Positions 52,826 to 64,000 of a stretch of DNA of 64,000 nt are shown piece by piece. The position numbers were made by a program, and so were the translations under genes. The notes beneath the pieces were generated by a model. That model was given only the letters and a program-made list of their open reading frames with translations, had not been told where the DNA came from and did not search any database. Source of the DNA: Prorocentrum cordatum (taxonomy: Eukaryota); NCBI GenBank assembly GCA_963575745.1, contig CAUYUJ010000139.1, positions 1-64,000 of the forward strand, in the 5' to 3' direction. Every line of letters begins with the position of its first letter. Positions within the stretch are counted from its first letter, which is position 1.

Positions 52826-54210
52826 CCAACGTCAGCGCCTACGCCGCCGTCGACGCCAGCACCGACGATGGCACCAACGCCGGCGCCTCAGCCGGCATGA
52901 ATGCCAGCGCTTACACCAGCACTAGCGCCAGCATCGACGCTGGCACCAAAGCCCGCGCTTACGCTGGCACCAGCGCCAGCGTCTGCGCCAGCACCCACGC
53001 CTGCGCCTGCGCCAGCACCAACGCCATCGCCTACTCCAGTACCGACACCAGCGTCGACGCCAGCACCGACGCATGCTCCTCCGCCTGCACCAGCACCAGC
53101 GCCTCCACCATCACGTCCAGTTGGGCGTCCAGACCTTTACGTCCAGACCGTTACGTCCACCGCCTACAGCAGCCCCGACGCCAGCAGCGCCAGCACCGAC
53201 GCCAGAGCTATCGTCGGCGCCTAATCCAGCGCCGACGCCAATACCGACGCCAGCATCAAGGCCTGTGCCTCGGCCAGCAGCAACGCCAGCGCCTACACCA
53301 GCGCCGACGCCAGAATGGACGCCAGCGCGAATGCCGCGCCCGCGCCGACCACCGTTGCCAGCACCGACGCCAATGCTGGCGCCTCAGCCAGCGCCGACAC
53401 CAGCACCGACGCCAGCAGCAACGTCTGCCCCTACCCCAGCACCGACGCCAGTGCCTACACCGACGCCGACGCCAGCACGGACGTGAGCTCCAACGCCGGC
53501 ACCTCCAGCGTCGACGCCAGCATCAACGCCTGCAGGCACCAACGCCGGCGCCTGCACGTACACCGACGCCAGCACAAACGCCAGCACCTACGCCAGCGTC
53601 GACACCGGCACCGACGCCAGCATCCACGCCTGCGCCTCCGCTGGCACCAGCGCCAGCGTCTACACAAGCGCCGAGGCCAGCACCGTCGCCAGCACCAACG
53701 CTGGCGCCTAGGCCAGCACTATCGCCAGTGCCGTCACCAACCCTGGCCAGCACCGACGCCAGAACTATCGCCGGTTTCTGACCATGGCCGACGCCAGCAT
53801 TATCGCTTGAGCCTGCGCTAATACCATCGCCAGCGCCTACATCAGCGCCGACGCCAACACGAACGCCAGCACCAACACTGGCGCCCACGCCAGCACGAAT
53901 GCCATCGCCCATACCAGCGCAGACGCAGGCACCGACGCCGACGCCGACACCCGACACCAATGTCAGCGCCTGCGCCAACACCGACGCCAGCACGGACGCG
54001 AGCCCTAACGCCGGCGCTTCCTCCAGCGCCGCTGCCAGCGCCGACGCCAGCACCGACGCCTGCGCCAGCTGGTACCAGCGCCAGCGCCTGCATCAGCACA
54101 GACGCCAGCACCAACGACAGCGCCTACACCAGCACCTGCGCGTGCGCCCACGCCAGCACTGACGCCGGTATCAACGCTTGCGCCTTCGCTGGCACCTTCG
54201 CCGCCACCAC
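52826..54210 (+). repeat. Degenerate hexamer-based (acgcca/gcgcca) satellite, Pro/Thr/Ala-coding-like
   Basis: Reads TPAPTPA... in one frame but with frameshifts and stops. Confidence 0.85.
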
Positions 54211-55199
54211 CCACATGGGCTACAACATATTATCCCCGATCATACTCGCCACGACCTTCGCTATGACGCTCGCCGCACTGGGGGCCTCGTGATGTCACGG
54301 AATACCCGCCTGGACGTGTCACGGTTTCCGCCCTCGCCTTGTCGTAACGCTTGCCGGCTTACGTCGAAGCGCACGCCTTGAGCAACACGACGGGCGCCAC
54401 GAGCAGCACAGCCCCGTGAGCAGTGCGGCTGCGTCATGCAGAACGGCGTCAGCAGCAACTTGGGGACTTACAACGCGATTCTGGCACCCAGTCGGGGTAC
54501 GACGACGGAACACTGGGACTCCGACCAACGGGACCGAGCAGATGGGCCCCACTGCAGGCCAGCCCTGCACCCGCCAGTGCAGCCACCAGCGCAGCCCAGG
54601 ATGCGACGACCTCCACAAGCGCGACGAGTGGCTCCGGTATCAGCGGCATGTGCACGACGATCAGCAGTTCCAGGACTATCACAACGACCACGAGTTCGAC
54701 GAGTGCGAACGCGAGATCGACGAGTGGCTCTGGCACCAGCGCCGGCAAGACGACACTGAGCGTCACGAGCATGACGGCTAGCATCTACCCGGCGCCCTGC
54801 CCGGTGCCCTACCCGACGCCCTTCCCGACGCCCCACCCGTCGCCCTACCCGACGCCCCACCCGACGTTTTTGGGGGTTGCCAGCCCATCCTCCTGAATCG
54901 GCCGTCCACGACGGCCAGCAACTCCAGGATAGGGATCCGACGGCCACCACCTGGATCCCACTGTGTGGCGGCATCCTTGTTTCGGAGTCTTGGCTCGCTG
55001 GCTTTGCATGTCGTTCAGACCGTTACGAGTGACCAGCACTGTGTGGCAGTATCCTTGCTTCTGGCCAGACTGACGCACCCATCCCGTCGCAGTGCCCCGA
55101 CATCCAGTAGAGGACGAGTACATGCACACCGTGACGTGTACCAGCATCATTGCAGCCGCACAGTCAGACAGCCATCGCCGCCTCAGCAGCAGGAGGAAT

Positions 55200-57530
55200 G
55201 GAACGCCAGCGCCTACACCAGCACCACCGCCAGCATCGTCGCCAGCGCCAACGCCCGCGCCTACGCCAGCACCAACGCCAGAGCCTACGCCACCGTCGGC
55301 GCCAGCACCGACGACAGCACCAACGCTGGCGCCTACGCCGGCATGAACGCCAACGCCTGCACGAGCACCAGCGCCAGCATCGACGCCTGCACCAGCGCCC
55401 GCGCCTACGCCGGCACCAGCGCCAGTGCCTACGCCAGCATCCACGCGTGCGCCTTCGCCGGCACCAACGCCATCACCTACACCAGTGCCGACACCAGCAT
55501 CGCCGGATGAGCGCCAGCGCCTACACCAGCACCAACGCCAGCATCGACGCCAGCGCCAACGCCCGCGCTTACGCCGGCACCAACGCCAGAGCCTACGCCA
55601 CCGTCGACGCCAGCACCGATCGACTACAGCACCAACGCCAGCGCCTACGCCGGCATGAACGCCAGCGCCTACTGCAGCGCCAGCGCCAGCATCGACGCCG
55701 GCACCAGCGCCCGCGCCTACTCCAGCACCAGCGCCAGTGCCCACGCCGGCATCCACGCGTGCGCCTCCGCCGGCACCAACGCCATCACCTACACCAGTGC
55801 CGACACCAGCATCGCCGGCATGAGCGCCAGCGCCACCAGTGCAGCGCCAGCATCGACGCCGGCGCCAACGCCTGCGCCTACGCCTGCACCAATGCCAGTG
55901 CCTACGCCACCGTCGACGCCAGCACCGACGCCAGCGCCAACGCCGACGCCTACGCCGGCATGAACGCCAGCGCCTACTGCAGCGCCAGCGCCAGCATCGA
56001 CGCCGGCACCAGCTCCCGCGCCTACGCCAGCACCAGCGCCAGTGCCTACGCCAGCATCCACGCGTGCGCCTCCGCCGGCACCAACGCCATCACCTACACC
56101 AGTGCCGACACCAGCATCGTCGGCATGAGCGCCAGCGCCTACACCAGCACCAGCGCCAGCATCGACGCCAGCGCCAACGCCTGCGCCTACGCCGGCACCA
56201 ACGCCAGAGCCTACGCCAACGTCGACGCCAGCACCGACGACAGCACCAACGCCGGCGCCTACGCCGGCATGAACGCCAGCGCCTACTGCAGCGCCAGCGC
56301 CAGCATCGACGCCGGCACCGGCGCCCGCGCCAACGCCGGCACCAGCGCCAGTGCCTACGCCGGCATCCACGCGTGCGCCTCCGCCGGCACCAACGCCATC
56401 ACTTACACCAGTGCCGACACCAGCACTGCCAGCATGAGCGCCCGCGCCTACTCCAGCACCAGCGCCAGCATCGACGCCAGCGCCAACGCCCGCGCCTACG
56501 CCGGCACCAGCGCCAGAGCCTACTACGCCACCGTCGACGCCGGCACCGACGACAGCACGAACGCCAGCGCCTACGCCGGCATGAGCGCCAGCACCTACGC
56601 CACAGCACCAGCGCCGGCATCGACGCCAGCGCCAACGCTCGCGACTCCGCCGGCACCAACGCCAGCGCCGACGATATCACCAACGCCGACGCCTACGACG
56701 GCATGAACTCCAGCGCCTACATCAGCACCAGCGCCAGCATCGATGCCGGCACCAGCGCCCGCGCCTACGCTGGCACCAACGCCAGAGCCTACGCCACCTT
56801 TCGGCGCCAGCACCGACGATTGCACCAACGCCGGCGCCTACGCCGGCATGAACGCCAGCGCCTACATCAGCAGCGCCAGCATCGACGCCGGCACCAGCGC
56901 CCGCGCCTACGCCGGCACCAGCGCCAGTGCCATACGCCAGCATCCACGCGTGCGCCTCCGCCGGCACCAACGCCATCACCTACACCAGTGCCGACACCAA
57001 TATCGCCGGCATGAGCGCTAGCGCCACCAGCACCAGCGCCAGCATCGACGCCAGCGCCAACGCCTGCGCCTACGCCGGCACCAACGCCAGAGCCTACGCC
57101 AACGTCGACGCCAGCACCGACGACAGCACCAACGCCAGCGCCTCCGCCGGCATGAACGCCAGCGCCTACACCAGCACCAGCGCCAGCATCGACGCCGGCA
57201 CCAGCGCCCGCGCCTACGCCGGCACCAACGCCAGCATCCACGCGTGCGCCTCCGCCGGCACCAATGCCATCACCTGCACCAGTGCTGGCACCAGCATCGC
57301 CGGCATGAGCGCCAGCGCCTACACCAGCACCAGCGCCAGCATCGATGCCAGCGCCAACGCCCGTGCCTACGCCGGCACCAACGCCAGAGCCTACGCCACC
57401 GTCGACGCAAGCACCGACGATAGCACCAACGCCGGCGCCTACGCCGGCATGAACGCCAGCACCAACGCCGACGCCAACACCAGCACCGACGCCAACACCA
57501 GCACCGACGCCAGCAGCCGACCCCAGCACC
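55200..57530 (+). repeat. Higher-order tandem satellite, ~309-bp unit built from hexamers
   Basis: The marker aacgccatcacctacaccagtgccgac (or a close variant) occurs at 55466, 55778, 56083, 56392, 56969 and 57263. Confidence 0.9.
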
Positions 57531-58857
57531 GAAGCCGGCAGCACCAAGCACCAGCAGCGCCGTGCAGACCTGGCACCTGCAGACGCAGCCGCAGCCGCCA
57601 CGGCAGCCCGAGGACCTGTGTCGGAATCGTGCCAGACCACGTCGTGGCGCTGCGCCACGGGTACTTGCAGCGCGGCGTGGAGCAGCACGGCCGGGTGCGG
57701 AAGAGCGTGGCGGACCTCTGCGGGTGCGACGTGTCGATGCGAGTTCTGTGCGCGGCCCCGGCCCGCCTGGCGGCGACCGTTTAGGTCGCCACGGGGCGTT
57801 GCAGTCAGCGCAGGGTGATGCAGTCAGCGTTCCTCGTCCTCGTCCTCTTCCCCTCCTCTCTCCTTCCTCCTCCCCTGCTGGCTTGTGAGTGGCTTCGCGT
57901 CCTGGCCAGTCGGAGGAGCGGCCCTGCGGCTCCGCGGGCGCCGCCCCGCCGCCAGACGCCTCGAGATGGCGCTCGCCCGCCTCCCCTCCTTCCTCGTCCT
58001 TGTCCTGCTCCTCCTCTGCCTGTCTCCTCTTCGCTCCCCCGTGCACGTCGTCTCACTCGGCCCTGGGCGGTGGCCGCCTGGTTGGAGATAGGTTGCGCGA
58101 CGCTCTGCAGGATCTCCCCCCCTCCCCCCCCTCTCCCCCGAATTGGTTGTTTTTCAGCGCACCGCGTGCATGAGCACTGCGTGTGGACCTGTCTGCGCCC
58201 GCTGCTGGTTGACCCTGGCCTCTGGCCACACGCCAGGCTTGCCCTGACGCCGTCACCGTCATGGTTATGCGCGGTGCTGGGCGCTTGTGCGCCCGTGTGC
58301 CCTCGTTCGAGTGTCTTGTTTTAGTTGGCGAGTGTCTGCACCCGCCCGCTTTCACCCTCAGGCGTCTCCCTTGCAGCTTATGGAGCTCCGTCTCCTTCCT
58401 CGCGTTCGTCCCCTTCCCGCTCCCGCCTCCGACGTGGTAGGATTCTGGGATTGTTTCTTATCAGCCACGCCGCCGCACGGGCTTTGACTGAGTATGCACT
58501 GTGCGCCACCCGTTATGGACTCGTTGTGTGAGGCCTCATTATATAAGTGGTCGTTTTGACCATGTGGGGATTGATGCACACACGGCGCCGCGGTCCGATC
58601 TCGTTTCCTCCTCCTCGTCTTCCGCCCTCCGCCGGGATCCCAAGTCCGGGGCCATTTCAAGTTGTTGCTTCCGTCCTCGCCGGGGAACTGTAACGATGTC
58701 GTATTCAGCAGGCTCTGTCAGAACGCTTTGGAGTTGAGGACTGGTACCATAGTGTACATCAGGCGTTCGGCTGTCGCCGAAAGTCTGGGTGGCTCCTCGC
58801 CCCCGTGTCGCGTTTAAGGGGCCCTCAGCTGCTGTGTCTTCATCGGAGAAAAAGAAA

Positions 58858-59531
58858 GAGGAGGAGGAGGAGGAGGAGGAGGAGGAGGAGGAGGAGGAGG
58901 AGGAGGAGGAGGAGGAGGAGGATGAGGAGGAGGAGGAAGAGGAGGAGGAGGAGGAGGAGGGGAGGAGGAGGAGGAGGAGGAGGAGGAAGGAGGAGGAGGA
59001 GGAGGAGGAGGAGGAGAGGAGGAGGAGGAGGAGGAGGGGGGGAGGGGGATGATGAGGAGGGGGAGAGGAGGAGGAGAATGAGGAGGAGGAGGAGGAGGAG
59101 GAGAAAGAGGAGGAGGAGGAGGAGGCGGAGGAGGAGGAGGAGGAGGGGGGAGGAGGAGGAGGAGGACGAGGAGGAGGAGGAGGAGAGGAGGAGGAGGAGG
59201 GGGAGGAGGAGGAGGAGGAGGAGGAGGAGGAAGAGGATGAGCAGCAGCAGGAGGGGGAGGAGGAGGAGGAGGAGGTGGAGGAGGGGGAGGAGGAGGAGGA
59301 GAGGAGGAGGAGGAGGAGGAGGAGGAGGAGGAGGAGGAGGAGGATGTGGAGATAGGAGTGGGAAAGAGGAGGAAGGATGAGTAGGATGATGATGTTGATG
59401 ATGAGGAGGAGGAGGAGGCGGAGGAGGAGGAGGAGGAGGATGAGAGAGGATGATGTGCCAGAGGGGGAGGAGGAGGAGGAGGACAAGGAGGAGGAGGATG
59501 AGAAGGCAGAGGAGGATGATGATGATGAGGG

Positions 59532-59564
<33 letters not shown>

Positions 59565-59652
59565 TGCACAACCGCATCGAATCCGAACGCGTCGAAAGAG
59601 GGGGAAACATGGATGATGAGGAGGAGGGGCAGGAGGAGGAGCAGGAGGAGGA
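58858..59652 (+). repeat. (GAG)n field
   Basis: Direct inspection. Confidence 0.95.
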
Positions 59653-59719
59653 GAACCAGTGGAATCCAATAGTCAGCGACGAGCGACGATGTTGGAATAT
59701 GCCTTCCCTCCAAGCTCCC

Positions 59720-60438
59720 TTCCCATAGGCCCCTACAACCGTTCATTCCCACTGAGGGAACTGCCTTGTTGGAAGACAACCGTTGGAAGACCCTGTAGCA
59801 TGCCAAAGCGATGTTCTCGGGATTCCAACGCCACGGATCAACTTGACTTTTGCGCCTTGGCGATCTTGAATCGTGCCAGAACACCATTCCTGATGCTTCA
59901 ACACAGCGAATCAACGCAACTGTTGCGCACTCATAACCCTGAATCCTTCCAGAACGCCATTTTTGGTATGCTGACCATGGGATTTCGTGAACGTGTTGCA
60001 AATGTTCAAAAAGAATGTGCGCGGAGCTGAGGCGAGCGCCACAGTTTGAAAAGGAACCGCCCTCAACCCGTGAAGCTCCTGCAACTTTTAAAACGAATGT
60101 GCGCGGCGCTACGGCGAGAGCCACATTTTGAAAGCCACCCGCCCTCAATCCGTGAATCTCTTGCAGATGTTGAAAAAGGATGTGCGCGGCGCTAAGGCGA
60201 GAGCCACATGTTGAAAAGGAATCGCCCTCAACTCGTGCAGCTCTTGCAAACTTGTAATCACGAATGTGCGCGGCGCTAGGGCGAGAACCACATTGTGAAA
60301 ACCACCCGCCCTCAATGTGTGAAGCTGTTGTCATTTTTGAAGCTTCAGGGTCACAAGTGGTGAGGAAGTCTCAGACCAAATGTACGGCCCGCCCTAAGAA
60401 CTGGCATCGCGGTGCGACAGGGTGAAGTTATGTATACG
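59720..60438 (+). repeat. Dispersed composite repeat, copy 2 (four ~83-bp subunits)
   Basis: tgtgcgcgg anchors at 60016, 60098, 60181 and 60265. Confidence 0.85.
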
Positions 60439-60449
60439 GAAAAGGAACG

Positions 60450-61590
<1,141 letters not shown>

Positions 61591-61651
61591 ACCAGTAGAA
61601 ACCCAAGACTCGTCAACCATGTCAGAATTCGCCGTTTCTCAAGGCTCCGTC

Positions 61652-62062
61652 TCCATAGGCCCCTACAAAGGTTTTATTTCCAGTGAAACGTGCAATACAC
61701 CATTCTGGGGACTCCAACGCCACGAATAAACCTGACTGTTGCGTTTTGGCGATCCTGAATCGTGCGAGAACGTCGTTCCTGGGACTTCACCCCCGCGAAA
61801 CAACCACACGGTTGCGCCCTGACAATCCAGAATCCTTCCGAAACGCCACTTCTGGTACGTGAACCATGGGAGTCCGTGAATTTTTAGTTCCAACATAAAA
61901 CGATTGTGCGCGGCGCTAAGGCGATAACCGCCTTTTGAGAAGGAACCGCCCTCAACCCGTGAAGCTCTTCCAAATGTTTTAGACGAGTGTGCGCAGCGCT
62001 AAGGCGAGAGCCACATTGTGAAAACGACCCGCCATCAACCAGTGAAATTTTTACAACTGTTT
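61652..62062 (+). repeat. Dispersed composite repeat, copy 3
   Basis: Starts ccataggcccctacaa as in copy 2; subunit anchors at 61906 and 61988. Confidence 0.85.
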
Positions 62063-62282
62063 AAGACAAGGATAGCCCGCCCCGGCCACCCACACACGAC
62101 GTATCGCCGATTCCGCGTCGATGTTTGCCCTCCTGAACCGGTTGCCTCCCCCACCCAGCGTTCGTCGGCCACGCGCAGATGGGGGCAGGGGAAGGGGGAA
62201 GGTTTTCTTACAAGCGCCCCATCTTGTAAGAAGCCTTTCTCCTCTCCCCCTACCCCCGATGACGACGATGATCATTTCGATG

Positions 62283-62320
<38 letters not shown>

Positions 62321-62324
62321 ATCA

Positions 62325-62377
<53 letters not shown>

Positions 62378-62614
62378 TTCGTCATCTTCGTCATCATCAA
62401 CATCATCATCATCAGTCTCCCCTGCCAGCGTTCACCCTCACCACATCACGATTCACAGCGTCGATCTGGCTCCTATGCCGAGCTCTGCCACCCGGTTCGC
62501 CTGCCTGGCGGTGGCGCTGCCTGACCCCGTCCGCCCGGGGTGAACAGGAGGCCCCCCGACTGCCCCCCCACGGGCGCTCCGTTTGGATGCTGAAAGAAGG
62601 CGCGGAGGAGGTAA

Positions 62615-62699
62615 CATGATGATGCTGATGTTGCTGATGAGGATGGTGCTGATGATGCTGCTGCTGATAATGATGACGATTACGATGATGATGCTGATA

Positions 62700-62744
<45 letters not shown>

Positions 62745-62745
62745 T

Positions 62746-62793
<48 letters not shown>

Positions 62794-64000
62794 CGGTGCT
62801 GACGACGACCATGATGACGATTCTGATGATTATGGTGATGCAGATGATGATGACGATGAGGATGATTCTGACGGTGGTGATGATGGTGTGGACTACAAGG
62901 ATGATAATGAGGATGATGATGACGATAAGGCTGGTGACGGTGATGATGATAATGACGATCATGCTGATGATTATATAATGCCAACGATGATGATTTTGAT
63001 GAGGATGGCAATGAGGATGATGATGGAAACGACGATGGACAAAATGATGATGATGACGATCATGATGAGGATTCTGATGATGACGAAGATGATGATATAC
63101 GGACAAGGATGATGCCCATGATGCTGATGATGATGTGCATGACGATGATGGTGACGACGATGATGATGCTGATGATGACGATGATGATGTTGATGAGGAT
63201 GGTGATGTTGACGATGGTGATGATGATGATGATGATGAAGTTGATGATGATGCTGATGATGCTGATGTTGTTGATGATGACGATGATGATGATTGTGCTG
63301 ATGCTGTTGTTGATGATGCTGTTGCTGCTGGTAATGATGATAGCTGCTGCTGCTGATGATGATGACGGCGACGACTTGGATGATGATGATGCTGATGATG
63401 ATGCTGATGACGACGATGCTGATGATGCTGATGATGACATTGTTGATGCTGAGGATTCTGACGACGATGATGCTGATGCTGATGATGATTATGATGGTGA
63501 TGATGATGGACATTAAGATGACGATGGTTATGATGCTGATGATGATGCTCATGATGACGATGATATTGACGACGCTGCTGCTTCTGATGATGATGATGGT
63601 GATGACGATGATGATTGTGAGGAGGAGGATGGGGAGGATGAGGGTTTTGATAATGTTGATGGTGGGGATGGGGATTCTGATTAGGACGATGATGGTAATT
63701 ATCTTAAGGAGGAGGGGGGATGACGAGGAGGAGAAGACTGATGATGATGCTGACGATGATGGTGATGATGATGATGCTGATGTGGATAAGGCTGATGATG
63801 CTGATGACGATTGTGATGTCGATGATGCTGATGATGCTGATGCTGATGATTATGATGCGGATGATGATGGTGATGATGGTGGTGATAATGCTGATGTCCA
63901 TGACGGTGCTCAAGATGATGATGATGCTGAAGATGATGCTGCTGATAATGTCGATGATGCTGTTGATGATGGTGATGACGATGCTGATCGGAACGACGAC
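62615..64000 (+). repeat. Degenerate (GAT)n field
   Basis: Direct inspection. Confidence 0.95.

Noticed and set aside
58330..58857. Possible 3' end of another LINE running into (GAG)n
   Set aside because: The context is suggestive but no diagnostic motif is visible.
60010..60330. CRISPR-like array
   Set aside because: Whole ~83-bp units are similar to each other, there are no unique spacers or cas genes, and the context is eukaryotic.

Overview
GC-rich, microsatellite-laden eukaryotic genomic DNA. The repeat landscape, retroelement families and AG|G micro-exons suggest a dinoflagellate, possibly Prorocentrum-like (inference). Two near-full-length but decayed retrotransposons dominate. The first is a minus-strand LINE (~34-7119) with a RanBP2-type zinc-finger/coiled-coil ORF1 and an ORF2 carrying APE endonuclease, RT, RNase H and C-terminal Cys/His fingers. 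The second is a plus-strand Ty1/copia LTR element (39752-49000) with 147/148-bp TG...CA LTRs, a GATGA target-site duplication, PBS and PPT. The copia polyprotein carries unusual cargo: a C5-cytosine DNA-methyltransferase-like domain between protease and integrase, a Cys-rich module, and a post-RNase H hydrophobic/transmembrane extension. The rest is probably intronic: long GAT/GAG/TAG/TAC/pentamer microsatellites, MITE-like foldback elements, a dispersed element with ~83-bp subrepeats, a ~309-bp higher-order satellite, a decayed RNase H fragment and a 100-N gap. Candidate micro-exons of a plus-strand coiled-coil host gene are scattered across it. Most ORFs in the supplied track are low-complexity artefacts. 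All domain calls are by motif recognition by eye; no searches were run.
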